Shown: in pieces, positions 1 through 8,706 of the stretch | Numbering within the stretch: the first letter of the stretch is position 1 | Layout: each line of letters starts with the position of its first letter | Assembly: GCA_003222675.1 (NCBI GenBank) | Contig: QHWT01000046.1 | Coordinates: 51,987 to 115,986 of the forward strand | Reading direction: 5' to 3' | Length of the DNA stretch: 64,000 nt | DNA from: Acidobacteriota bacterium | Lineage (GTDB): Bacteria > Acidobacteriota > Vicinamibacteria > Vicinamibacterales > 2-12-FULL-66-21 | Position numbers and translations under genes: made by a program | The notes under the pieces: model-generated | The model's input: only the letters and a program-made list of their open reading frames with translations | Told to the model about the DNA's origin: nothing | Databases searched by the model: none

Positions 1-295
1 GCACGGCCAGCACAACCGCACCTCGATCATCGGGCACGCCCAGCGTCAGGACTTCGGACATGAACGGTCCAATCTGACGCGGCGGAAAATTCACGACCGC
101 GAGCACGAGACGGCCGACGAGTTCGTGCGGCTGATATTGACGCGTCAACTGGGCGGATGATTGCCGCGTGCCGATCTCAAAGCCGAAATCGATCGTCAAT
201 TTGTAGGCAGATTTTCGCGCCTCGGGAAAGAGATCCGCGCGGATGACGCGCCCCACCCGGATATCTACGCGCTCGAAATCATCGAAAGTGATCAT
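1..295 (-). CDS. csaA: tRNA-binding domain protein, CsaA/YgjH-like (C-terminal end runs off the window)
   Basis: Reverse-strand translation from ATG at 295-293 reads MITFDDFERVDIRVGRVIRADLFPEARKSAYKLTIDFGFEIGTRQSSAQLTRQYQPHELVGRLVLAVVNFPPRQIGPFMSEVLTLGVPD. This is the CsaA/EMAP-type tRNA-binding OB-fold signature. It is absent from the ORF track because it has no stop inside the window. Confidence 0.8.
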   Translation of the reverse strand, partial: MITFDDFERVDIRVGRVIRADLFPEARKSAYKLTIDFGFEIGTRQSSAQLTRQYQPHELVGRLVLAVVNFPPRQIGPFMSEVLTLGVPDDRGAVVLAV

Positions 296-335
296 GAGCG
301 ACGGCCATTCTAGCAGGCACACTGATTGCCTACGA

Positions 336-1082
336 ATGGCCGGGATGAGCCGGGGACGCGCGCGCGTCGGCTGTTCCGGCTGGGAGTACAAGCACTGGCG
401 CGGTGATTTCTATCCAGCGGAGCTGCCCCGGACGCGGTGGTTCGAGCATTACGCGGCAACGTTCGACACCGTTGAAATCAACAACAGCTTCTACCGCCTG
501 CCCGAACGTGCCACGTTCGCCGCGTGGGGCCGTCGTGCGCCGATGAAATTCGTGTTCGCCGTCAAGGCGAGCCGCTTTCTCACGCACATGAAGAAGCTCA
601 AGGATCCGGAGGAGCCGCTCGACCGGCTCTTCTCACGTATGCAGGCACTCGAGCGGCATCTTGGACCCGTGCTCTATCAATTACCGCCGGGGTTCAAGGT
701 CAACGCCGAGCGGTTTCGTCATTTCATCGACGCTCTGCCGCGTGACGCGCGACACGTTGTCGAGTTTCGAGATCCGTCGTGGTACGACCCGGAGATCTGC
801 GGGATCTTGCGCGAGCGCGGTGTCGCGCTCTGCCTGCACGACCTGCCCGGGTCTGCAACCGGTCGCGAACGCGTCGGTTCGTTCGTTTACGTCAGGTTCC
901 ACGGGGCCGATGCGAAATATGGAGGCAGCTACTCAGAGGAGCGTCTACGCAGTTGGGCGGAATGGTTGAATGCGCAGCGAAAGGACGGCTGCGACGTCTA
1001 TGCGTACTTCAACAACGATATCGGAGGACACGCGCCGCGTGACGCTGCGACGCTGCGGCGTGTGCTGGAGGAACGATCATGA
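336..1082 (+). CDS. DUF72 (YecE-like) family protein
   Basis: From ORF 243..1082. Carries the DUF72 signature GCSGWEYKHWRGDFYP...FDTVEINNSFYRLP. Start moved to ATG 336 (345 also possible) because the upstream codons overlap the divergent csaA-like gene. The stop overlaps the next start (ATGA). Confidence 0.8.
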   Translation: MAGMSRGRARVGCSGWEYKHWRGDFYPAELPRTRWFEHYAATFDTVEINNSFYRLPERATFAAWGRRAPMKFVFAVKASRFLTHMKKLKDPEEPLDRLFSRMQALERHLGPVLYQLPPGFKVNAERFRHFIDALPRDARHVVEFRDPSWYDPEICGILRERGVALCLHDLPGSATGRERVGSFVYVRFHGADAKYGGSYSEERLRSWAEWLNAQRKDGCDVYAYFNNDIGGHAPRDAATLRRVLEERS

Positions 1083-2101
1083 GACATGAGCAGAAGTTCG
1101 TGCTGGGACTCGCGGCCGGGATCGGCACCGCGCTCGTTGCGAGGCGGCTGGCGCGCGCCCGGCATGCGATCAATTTCGATGGGCGCGTCGTGGTGATCAC
1201 CGGAGGATCGCGCGGGCTCGGCCTCGTGATGGCACGCATGTTCGTCGATGAGGGAGCGCGAGTCGTGCTGCTCGCGCGCGATCTTGGGGAGCTCGCGCGC
1301 GCCGGCGACGATCTCGAATCGCGCGGCGGCGAAGTGATGACGCTCAGGTGCGACGTGCGGCGGCGCGCTGACGTCCGCGCCGCGATCGATCAGGTAGTCG
1401 AGCGCTGGCACGCCGTCGATATCTTGATCAACAACGCGGGCGTCATCCAGGTCGGGCCGCTCGAGCACATGGAGCACGAGGACTTCGAGAACGCGATGGC
1501 CACGCACTTCTGGGGACCGCTGCATCTCATCCTCGAGGTCGCGCCGATCATGCGCCACCGCGGCTTCGGCCGCATCATCAACATTTCATCCATTGGCGGC
1601 AAGATGGCCGTGCCGCATCTCGCGCCCTACTGCGCCAGCAAGTTCGCGCTCGTCGGTTTGTCCGACGCCGTCCGCGCCGAACTCGATCAGTTCGGGATCC
1701 GTGTGACCACTGTGGCGCCCGGCCTGATGCGCACTGGGTCGCCGGTCAACGCACAGTTCAAAGGACAGCACGAGGTGGAGTACGCCTGGTTCAAGACGGC
1801 AAGCTCGATCCCGGGCCTGACCATTGCGGCCGAGCGGGCCGCACGCAAGATCCTTGACGCATGCCGTTACGGCGATAGCCAATTGACGATTACGCTGCAA
1901 GCCAGGGCAGCGGCGGTCGCAAACGTCGCCGCGCCGGCCAGCGTTTCGCGCGCGCTCGCCTTCGTCGCCCGCATGCTTCCGGGTCCCAACGGTTCGCTGG
2001 GAAACGCGATCAAGAAAGGTAAGGAGAGCGAGTCGGCGTGGACTCCCTCAATCGTCACGAAGCTCACAGACAGGGCGGCGGTCGCGAATAACCAGATGTG
2101 A
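1079..2101 (+). CDS. short-chain dehydrogenase/reductase (SDR) family oxidoreductase
   Basis: TGGSRGLG Rossmann motif, NNAG, and the YCASK (YxxxK) catalytic motif. N-terminal hydrophobic segment. Confidence 0.85.
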   Translation: MRHEQKFVLGLAAGIGTALVARRLARARHAINFDGRVVVITGGSRGLGLVMARMFVDEGARVVLLARDLGELARAGDDLESRGGEVMTLRCDVRRRADVRAAIDQVVERWHAVDILINNAGVIQVGPLEHMEHEDFENAMATHFWGPLHLILEVAPIMRHRGFGRIINISSIGGKMAVPHLAPYCASKFALVGLSDAVRAELDQFGIRVTTVAPGLMRTGSPVNAQFKGQHEVEYAWFKTASSIPGLTIAAERAARKILDACRYGDSQLTITLQARAAAVANVAAPASVSRALAFVARMLPGPNGSLGNAIKKGKESESAWTPSIVTKLTDRAAVANNQM

Positions 2102-2102
2102 C

Positions 2103-2232
2103 AGAACGGAGGACGGTTGTCGGAGGACGGTTGTCGGAAGGTTCTGGGAGTCAGTTGTTCGGAGGGACGTTCTCAGAGCCGTTTGTGGAGATCGAGTTCC
2201 GGTCTTCCTCAACCGTCCTCCGCCCTCCGATC
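2103..2232. repeat. inverted word-repeat hairpin in a convergent spacer (unit GGAGGACGGTTGTC), likely bidirectional terminator
   Basis: Left arm ACGGAGGACGGTTGTCGGAGGACGGTTGTCGG (2106-2137). Right arm CCTCAACCGTCCTCCGCCCTCC (2207-2228) contains the exact reverse complement of GGAGGACGGTTG. Lies between the SDR stop (2101) and the ADH stop (2236). Confidence 0.7.
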
Positions 2233-2235
2233 ACC

Positions 2236-3405
2236 TCAAGGCTTCATGACTACCTTGATGCACCCGTCTTCCTTGTCGCGAAAGGTTCGATACGCCGCCG
2301 GCGCCTGTGCCAGTGCTACGCGGTGCGTGATGACGAACGACGGATCGATTTCGCCGCGGACGATGCGATCGAGGAGCATGGGAAGATAGCGATGCACGTG
2401 GGTCTGGCCCATCTTGAGCGTCAATCCTTTTCCGAACGCTGCGCCCATCGGTACCTTGTCGATGAACCCGCCATACACGCCAGGCACCGAGACCGTGCCG
2501 CCCTTGCGGCACGCGTGAATCGCCTGGCGGAGCGCTGAGGCGCGATCGGTCGCAAGGAACGTCGCGGCCTTCACGCGATGGTACCTGTCGTCAACGGTCG
2601 TGCCGTGCGCTTCCATGCCGACGGCGTCGATGCACGCATCCGGTCCGCGGCCGCCGGTGGCATCCTTCAACGCTTCGAATACGTTCAGGACCGAGAGGTC
2701 GATGACTTCCGCCTTCCCTTTGTCGGCGGCCAGCATCAGCCGTTCTGGCACACGGTCGATGGCGATCACCCGTCCCGCGCCGAGCATCCACGCGGAGCGG
2801 ATGGCGAACTGGCCCACGGGTCCGCAGCCCCACACCGCGACCGTGTCGCCCGGCGTGATGTTGCAGTTCTCCGCCGCCATATAGCCGGTCGGAAAGATGT
2901 CCGAGAGAAACAACACCTGCTCGTCGCTCAGCCCGTCGGGCACTTTCATCGGGCCGACGTCCGCAAACGGCACGCGCACGTACTCTGCCTGCCCTCCGGC
3001 ATAGCCACCCATCATGTGGGAGTACCCAAACAATCCCGAGCCCGAGTATCCGTACGCTTCGTCCAGCATCCACGCGTTCGGGTTCGAGTTGTCGCATGCC
3101 GACCACAACTCGCGCTCGCAGAAGAAGCACCGGCCGCACGCAATCGTGAACGGCACCACGACCCGGTCGCCAATTTTCAGTTTCGTGATTTCAGGTCCGA
3201 CGGCGACGATTTCCCCCATGAATTCGTGGCCGAGGATGTCGCCGCGTTTCAACGTGGGGATGAACCCGTCGAGCAGATGCAGGTCTGAGCCGCAGATCGC
3301 CGTCAGCGTGACCTTGACGATCGCGTCGCGCGGGTTGAGGATCTTCGGATCCGGCACCCGCGCAATGCGGACTTCATTCGTGCCATACCAGCAGAGGGCT
3401 TTCAT
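2236..3405 (-). CDS. zinc-dependent alcohol dehydrogenase family protein (formaldehyde-dehydrogenase-like)
   Basis: CGSDLH and GHEFMGEIV zinc-ligand motifs, structural-zinc Cys cluster CGRCFFC, and NAD motif GCGPVG. Confidence 0.85.
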   Translation of the reverse strand: MKALCWYGTNEVRIARVPDPKILNPRDAIVKVTLTAICGSDLHLLDGFIPTLKRGDILGHEFMGEIVAVGPEITKLKIGDRVVVPFTIACGRCFFCERELWSACDNSNPNAWMLDEAYGYSGSGLFGYSHMMGGYAGGQAEYVRVPFADVGPMKVPDGLSDEQVLFLSDIFPTGYMAAENCNITPGDTVAVWGCGPVGQFAIRSAWMLGAGRVIAIDRVPERLMLAADKGKAEVIDLSVLNVFEALKDATGGRGPDACIDAVGMEAHGTTVDDRYHRVKAATFLATDRASALRQAIHACRKGGTVSVPGVYGGFIDKVPMGAAFGKGLTLKMGQTHVHRYLPMLLDRIVRGEIDPSFVITHRVALAQAPAAYRTFRDKEDGCIKVVMKP

Positions 3406-3521
3406 CGGTCAACGCCAGCAGTAAGCAGTTCACCGTACGCGGTTCGCAGTCCGCGGTTCGCAGTCGTGTCTGCAGCAGCTGCCCCGCACGCCTCGATCCG
3501 CCGACCGCAAATCGCAAACTG

Positions 3522-4271
3522 TCAGCCTCTGGGCTGCCCCGATGTCGTCGCCACCTCGCCAGCTTCCACGAGCTGCTTGAAACGGCGCAGGTCTTCGCGA
3601 ATTTCGGTCGCCGCGTCGCGCCCGAAGAGTCTCGCGACGGCGGCGCCGACTTTGCCGCCGGGCGGACTGTATTGCAGGTGCACCGTGACGCGCGTGCCGC
3701 GTCCCGCGCCTGCCGCGTCGAAGTTCACCGAACCGGCGCTGACGACGTCGGAGCCTTCGAGCGAGCGCCATCCGATCAGCTGATTGGGGACTTCGTGGTG
3801 AATCTCGCCGTCCCACTCGACGGTGGTTCCAGCCGGCCCTTTCGCGCGCCAGTGCGAGATCGTATCCGTCACGCGCTCCACGGATTCGAGATGGTGCATG
3901 AACCGCGGCAGGTTTTCGAGATTCCTCCAGAAGCGATAGAGCATCTCGATCGGCTGATTGATCGTGACGCTCTCGAGCACGTTGACGCCGCGCGGTCCTC
4001 TCAGCGCGGCCCGCGTGTCGCTGCCCGTTCCCGCGGTATTGAAGCCGATCGCTTCGTACACGTCGCAATGCGCCGTGACGCCGCGGCGCAGCAGCAGGCC
4101 TCCGATTGCGGCATACAGCCAGCCGCTCGAGCGCAGCCGCGACAGGCCGTAGATCGCCAGGCCGGTGCCGGCCGCCATCGATGCCCACCGCTCGAACTCG
4201 CTCAGGTTGCGATCCGATCTCGCGAGGGCTTCGCGCGTGTCCTCCGGAAATACCATCTCCATCGTCACCAT
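3522..4271 (-). CDS. membrane-anchored SRPBCC (cyclase/dehydrase-like) domain protein
   Basis: ORF 3522..4601 trimmed to ATG 4271 (MVTMEMVF...). Two hydrophobic helices are followed by an SRPBCC-like domain (INQPIEMLYRFWRNLENLPRFMHHLESV...HWRAKGPAGTTVEWDGEI). The upstream 110 codons are R/G-rich and overlap the next gene. Confidence 0.65.
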   Translation of the reverse strand: MVTMEMVFPEDTREALARSDRNLSEFERWASMAAGTGLAIYGLSRLRSSGWLYAAIGGLLLRRGVTAHCDVYEAIGFNTAGTGSDTRAALRGPRGVNVLESVTINQPIEMLYRFWRNLENLPRFMHHLESVERVTDTISHWRAKGPAGTTVEWDGEIHHEVPNQLIGWRSLEGSDVVSAGSVNFDAAGAGRGTRVTVHLQYSPPGGKVGAAVARLFGRDAATEIREDLRRFKQLVEAGEVATTSGQPRG

Positions 4272-4276
4272 CGCCG

Positions 4277-4651
4277 TTACTTTCTCCCTGTTGCGGTCGT
4301 CGCCGTCCAGGATGGTGGATCGCTTGCGGGGAACGACTCCGCCACGATGTCGTCGACGAGGTTCGGCGCGCGCCAGCCGCGCCTGCGCATGACTCGTTCG
4401 ACCCAGTCGCGCACGACCGTGTAATCGTGGCGTCCCGTCGCCGCGCGCACGGCGACGGTTCCACCGATCATCGCGAGCAGGCCGCCCATGAATCCGCCCC
4501 GCCGCGCCCCGATCATCGTGAGCGCGCTGCCCCAGGCTGCCGTCATCCAGCGTTCCTGGTCGTACGTGTTGATCGTCGAGGAGAGGCTCTGGCGATCCCA
4601 CACACTGGGCTGACTGCGGGCAATCGTCAAGTTCTTCGGAGCTTCAGGCAC
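4277..4651 (-). CDS. small conserved membrane protein with C-terminal ESFPASDPP motif
   Basis: GTG at 4651 lies 6 nt downstream of GGAGGAGG. Gly-rich TM segment GGFMGGLLAMIGGTVAV. C-terminal DDIVAESFPASDPPSW motif, which I recognise from small hypothetical proteins. Confidence 0.55.
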   Translation of the reverse strand: MPEAPKNLTIARSQPSVWDRQSLSSTINTYDQERWMTAAWGSALTMIGARRGGFMGGLLAMIGGTVAVRAATGRHDYTVVRDWVERVMRRRGWRAPNLVDDIVAESFPASDPPSWTATTATGRK

Positions 4652-5072
4652 AGGAATCCTCCTCCGGCGTGAGGCTGCACAAGGCATGCCCGGCTCATAC
4701 GCCGACGTTCCGCGCGGATCTTGCCATTCCGTGCGAAGACGGCGGACGCGGGGGCCGCGCGCGACTCAGCCGTTATCGTTAGCTGTTGTGATTTACAACG
4801 CTCGCGTCATGGATGACGGGCAGCGATATATCTTCATTAATCCAGCGCAACACGCAGTTGGATCGTTCCGCTTTGCGCCACTTTTCGTGACGTCCTTCCG
4901 TCTCGCCCGATGGTGTGGCTCGACAGGTGGAAGCCGCCGAGATCCGGGCAGTGAAGGTGAGGGAGTGAGCACGCAATTTCATGAGAATCCGGCGACACAC
5001 ACGGGCAGGTGCGTGCTTGACTTGTCGAGGTTTCCATGTAACGCTCTATCCGGATTTACGGATTGATATAGG

Positions 5073-6011
5073 ATGCGCGCGCCGCCGATCTTCGACGACC
5101 TCACCGCACTCGCCGACGAGACGCGCAGCCGCATGCTGCTCGTGCTGGAGCGCCACGAGTTGACCGTATCGGAGTTGTGCAGCGTGCTGCAGTTGCCGCA
5201 ATCGACAGTGAGTCGTCACTTGAAGACCTTGTCAGAGGCGAACTGGGTCACGTCGCGGCGCGACGGCACGAGCCGCTATTACACGCTCGCGCTCGACGAG
5301 CGCGACGTCTCGACGCGCCGCCTCTGGTCGCTGCTCCGCGATCAGGTCGCGACCACGTCCGGTGCGGATCAGGATGGACGGCGGCTCAAAGGTGTGCTCG
5401 CGCGCCGCCAGACGAAATCCGAAGAGTTCTTCGCGTCGGCGGCCGGCCAGTGGGATCGGCTCCGGCAGGACATGTTCGGCCGCGCGTCGGCGCTGCAGGT
5501 GCTGCCGGCGCTGCTGGACCCGAGTGTGACGATCGGCGATCTTGGATGCGGCACGGGGCAGACGAGCGCGGCGCTCGCGCCATTCGTGGCGCGCGCCATC
5601 GCCGTGGATCGCAGCGGCGAGATGCTCCAGGCTGCGCGCAGGCGGCTGCGCGATTTCAAGAACGTCGAGGTCAGACGCGGAGAGCTCGAGGCGCTGCCAA
5701 TTGAGGATGGCGAGCTCGATGCGGCGATCATGATGCTCGTCCTCCATCACGTACCGGATCCGGCGGCGGCGCTCGTCGAAGCCGCGCGCGTGCTGAAGGC
5801 GGGAGCGCGGCTGATCGTGTGCGACATGCTGCCGCACGATCGCGAGGAGTATAAGCAGCAGATGGGGCATGTCTGGCTGGGATTCGATGATGACCAGGTG
5901 CGGCGCCTGCTCGGCGCCGCAGGGTTCAACAGCTCGCGCATCGTCGCGCTGCCTACGGATCCGGCTGCGAAAGGACCGGCGCTGTTTGCGGCATCGGCGA
6001 CGAGAACCTGA
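5073..6011 (+). CDS. sahR: ArsR-type HTH fused to SAM-dependent methyltransferase-like domain (SahR-like regulator)
   Basis: N-terminal ArsR wHTH (LTVSELCSVLQLPQSTVSRHLKTLSEANWVTSRRDGTSRYYTL). C-terminal class I methyltransferase motif I (IGDLGCGTGQT). Sits directly upstream of ahcY. Confidence 0.65.
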   Translation: MRAPPIFDDLTALADETRSRMLLVLERHELTVSELCSVLQLPQSTVSRHLKTLSEANWVTSRRDGTSRYYTLALDERDVSTRRLWSLLRDQVATTSGADQDGRRLKGVLARRQTKSEEFFASAAGQWDRLRQDMFGRASALQVLPALLDPSVTIGDLGCGTGQTSAALAPFVARAIAVDRSGEMLQAARRRLRDFKNVEVRRGELEALPIEDGELDAAIMMLVLHHVPDPAAALVEAARVLKAGARLIVCDMLPHDREEYKQQMGHVWLGFDDDQVRRLLGAAGFNSSRIVALPTDPAAKGPALFAASATRT

Positions 6012-6065
6012 TTTGAACGTTGTGTGTAGGCCGGCTCTTCAGAGCCGGCATCGTGAGGAGAAGAA

Positions 6066-7562
6066 ATGAGTACTGCCGTTCGTGAAATTCATCCGTTCGA
6101 CGCTGCGACCAAAGCCGGTCGCGTTCCGTACAAGGTGAAAGACCTCGCGCTCGCCGAGCTCGGACGCAAGGAGATTCGGCTCGCGGAGCATGAGATGCCG
6201 GGACTGATGGCGCTCCGCGCGCGCTACAAGGGAAAGAGCCCGCTCGCCGGCGCCCGGATCATGGGGAGCCTGCACATGACAGTGCAGACGGCGGTTCTCA
6301 TCGAGACGCTGACAGAGCTCGGCGCCGATGTGCGCTGGGTGTCCTGCAACATCTTCTCGACCCAGGATCACGCGGCGTCCGCCGTCGTCGTCGGGTGCCC
6401 CGAAACTGGTGGCACGCCGCAGAACCCGAAGGGCACGCCGGTGTTCGCGTGGAAAGGGGAGACGCTCGAGGAGTACTGGTGGTGCACGAGCGAGGCACTA
6501 ATGTGGCCCGACGGCGGCGGCCCGACTCTTCTCGTGGACGATGGGGGAGATGCGACGCTGCTCGTGCACAAGGGAGTCGAGTTCGAGAAGGCTGGGAAGG
6601 TGCCGGCGTTCAAGGCGGACAGCGAGCCGGAAGAATGGGGCGTGATTCTCGAGCTGCTTCGCGGGGAGCTGAAGCAGAACCAGGGCCGCTGGACGAAAGT
6701 CGCGGCGGCGCTCCGTGGCGTCAGCGAGGAGACGACGACCGGCGTGCATCGCCTGTATCAAATGATGGAAGCGGGGACGCTGCTGTTTCCGGCGATCAAC
6801 GTCAACGATTCAGTGACAAAGAGCAAGTTCGACAACGTCTACGGGTGCCGTCATTCGTTGATCGATGGCCTGAATCGCGCGACCGACGTGATGATTGGCG
6901 GAAAGGTCGCCGTCGTGGCCGGGTACGGCGAAGTGGGCAAGGGCTGTGCGCAGGCGCTGCGTGGACAGGGCTGCCGCGTCATCATCGCGGAGATCGATCC
7001 GATCTGCGCGCTGCAGGCGGCAATGGAAGGCTACGAGGTCAAGCCGGTCGACGAGGTCGTCAAGGCCGCGGACATATTCGTGACGGCGACGGGCAACCTG
7101 AACATCATCACTGTCGATCACATGTCGCGAATGAAGCACAATGCGATTGTCGGCAACATCGGCCACTTCGATAACGAGATCGACATGGCGGGTCTCAAGA
7201 AGCGCGGCATCGAGCGCATCACGATCAAGCCGCAGTACGACGAGTTCCGCTTTCCGGACGGTCACAGCGTGCTGATCCTCGCCGAGGGGCGCCTGCTGAA
7301 CCTCGGATGCGCGACGGGGCACCCGAGCTTCGTGATGTCGGCGTCGTTCACGAACCAGGTGATCGCGCAGCTCGAGCTGCACCAGCACAACGCGAAGTAC
7401 GAGAAGAAGGTGTATATCCTGCCGAAGCACCTCGACGAGGAGGTCGCACGGCTGCACCTGGATCATCTCGGGGTCAAGCTGACGAAGCTCACACCGGAGC
7501 AGGCGCAGTACATCGGCGTGAAGGTCGAAGGGCCTTACAAGCCGGAGCACTATCGCTACTAG
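6066..7562 (+). CDS. ahcY: adenosylhomocysteinase
   Basis: 498 aa. RBS GAGGAG upstream. Motifs include [29 protein letters not shown] and the NAD site [14 protein letters not shown]-terminal [10 protein letters not shown] is typical of the family. Confidence 0.95.
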   Translation: MSTAVREIHPFDAATKAGRVPYKVKDLALAELGRKEIRLAEHEMPGLMALRARYKGKSPLAGARIMGSLHMTVQTAVLIETLTELGADVRWVSCNIFSTQDHAASAVVVGCPETGGTPQNPKGTPVFAWKGETLEEYWWCTSEALMWPDGGGPTLLVDDGGDATLLVHKGVEFEKAGKVPAFKADSEPEEWGVILELLRGELKQNQGRWTKVAAALRGVSEETTTGVHRLYQMMEAGTLLFPAINVNDSVTKSKFDNVYGCRHSLIDGLNRATDVMIGGKVAVVAGYGEVGKGCAQALRGQGCRVIIAEIDPICALQAAMEGYEVKPVDEVVKAADIFVTATGNLNIITVDHMSRMKHNAIVGNIGHFDNEIDMAGLKKRGIERITIKPQYDEFRFPDGHSVLILAEGRLLNLGCATGHPSFVMSASFTNQVIAQLELHQHNAKYEKKVYILPKHLDEEVARLHLDHLGVKLTKLTPEQAQYIGVKVEGPYKPEHYRY

Positions 7563-8337
7563 GCTGATGACTCAAGGATTGCGGCTCATGCTGGCTCATG
7601 GTACGAGCCGGCGTGAGCCAAGGCCCATGCCGTGAGTCGGCCTGAGCCATGAGCCGTGAGTCCTGAGCCCTTTCTGCCAGCGGTTGATTCAAGAACCTGA
7701 CGAGCGGCATCAGCGCCCGGAAGGTCGCGACGAGCGTCGGGTAAAACTCGCGGCTGTGCGCGAAGGGGGCCGGAAACTCGCGGCCCGCGATGAACTGGCG
7801 GTACTTCAGATAGGCGGCCGCGGGATGATCGGCGGCAAAGCCGCGTGGTGTGCGCGTGAGCCGATCCCCGCCGACCTGCCCCAGACATTTACGGAAGGCG
7901 GTGGCGCGCACGGTCCTGTCAATCTCCGGCCACGTATTGGCGATGTGCGTGCGCACGCGATGGAGATCCGGCGGCTCGGGGTGATACATGCCGCCGCCCA
8001 TCCAAACCCACCCTCCAGCGATCTCGAAATAGAGGCCGGCGCCTTCGTGCTTCGGGAGGCCGCGCCACGGAAAAATCGCCGCCGCGTGCGTCTTCAGCGG
8101 TTTCTTGTTCTCGCTGAACCGCGTGTCGCGATACACGCGGTAGAGCGAATAGCGTGGCGACGCCACGAGCTCCGGCGCAAAGCGGCGGAAGTCGGCCGCC
8201 AGCCGCTCGACTACCACCGTCATCGGCTCGCGCACGTGCCGGTCGTACTCGTCCCGCCGCGCCTTGAACCATTCGCGGTCGTTATGCCTCGTAAGTGAAC
8301 GAAGAAAAGACAGAGTCTTGGGAGTGAACGGGGACAT
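7489..8337 (-). CDS. DUF2461 (TIGR02453) family protein with a repeat-encoded C-terminal extension
   Basis: The N-terminal 220 aa match the family ([32 protein letters not shown]...FIAGREF...). The last ~62 codons (7492-7677) are translated from the GGCTCA word-repeat hairpin and then run antisense into ahcY. Confidence 0.75.
   Translation of the reverse strand: MSPFTPKTLSFLRSLTRHNDREWFKARRDEYDRHVREPMTVVVERLAADFRRFAPELVASPRYSLYRVYRDTRFSENKKPLKTHAAAIFPWRGLPKHEGAGLYFEIAGGWVWMGGGMYHPEPPDLHRVRTHIANTWPEIDRTVRATAFRKCLGQVGGDRLTRTPRGFAADHPAAAYLKYRQFIAGREFPAPFAHSREFYPTLVATFRALMPLVRFLNQPLAERAQDSRLMAQADSRHGPWLTPARTMSQHEPQSLSHQPSSDSAPACKALRPSRRCTAPAPV
7581..7670. repeat. inverted word-repeat hairpin (GGCTCATG / CATGAGCC words)
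   Basis: Left arm GCGGCTCATGCTGGCTCATGG. Right arm CCTGAGCCATGAGCCGTGAGTCCTGAGCCC. GGCTCATGG and CCATGAGCC are exact reverse complements. Confidence 0.7.
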
Positions 8338-8344
8338 GGCTTAA

Positions 8345-8402
8345 GGCTCAGGGCTCATCGGTCAAACTGGCCTAGGCCCAAGCCGGCATGAGCCATGAGT
8401 CA
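8345..8402. repeat. inverted word-repeat hairpin, same GGCTCA family
   Basis: GGCTCAGGGCTCATCGG ... CCGGCATGAGCCATGAGTC. Sits just upstream of the DUF2461 start, so that gene is bracketed by the same word family on both sides. Confidence 0.65.
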
Positions 8403-8682
8403 CCAGCCGTCAGCCGATCTTATCAGGCCCGATCTTCTCGCCCTTCGTGCGATGCACTTCGTGAGCGTCATCGGGCGGTTCAAGCCGTCTGCAACGTTCG
8501 AGCAGGCACGTAGCGATCTCGACAGCGTCGCCGTCGCCGCTCAGAAGAAATATCCCGAGACCAACGAGCAGCGGGGAACGACGATGGTGCCGCTGCAAGA
8601 GGCGATGGTGGGCGGCGTGCGCAAGCCGATGTACTTCCCCGGCGCAGCCGTCGGCCTGCTGACGGCGATCCGCGTCGAGTGA
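8395..8682 (+). pseudogene. relic of an ADOP/MacB-type (FtsX-family) permease, periplasmic-domain to TM2 fragment
   Basis: The 95-aa ORF reads ...HFVSVIGRFKPSATFEQARSDLDSVAVAAQKKYPETNEQRGTTMVPLQEAMVGGVRKPMYFPGAAVGLLTAIRVE*. This matches the (h)viGRLkpGvt.eqA...l..ia..l...yPetN...v.pl.e.lvg.vr...l.l.gAV stretch of MacB-like permeases. Both the N-terminal part and everything after TM2 are missing. Confidence 0.75.
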
Positions 8683-8706
8683 TCCCGGTTCGGCGATAAT
8701 CGTGGC

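Noticed and set aside
3430-4464. 344-aa and other alternative-frame ORFs over the SRPBCC locus (3430..4464, 3672..4424, 4106..4672).
   Set aside because: These are Arg/Gly/Ala-rich shadow frames. The frame chosen carries the SRPBCC-like domain and the small ESFPASDPP protein with a strong RBS.
4686-5066. 126-aa ORF filling the divergent spacer upstream of sahR.
   Set aside because: The sequence has no family resemblance. It spans an AT-richer promoter-like region and would leave no room for the promoters of the two flanking divergent genes.
6012-6065. SAH riboswitch upstream of ahcY or sahR.
   Set aside because: The ahcY leader is only 54 nt and contains just one simple hairpin. The 420-nt region upstream of sahR (4652-5072) shows several small inverted repeats but nothing resembling the SAH-riboswitch pseudoknot core. 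A protein regulator (SahR-like) is present instead.
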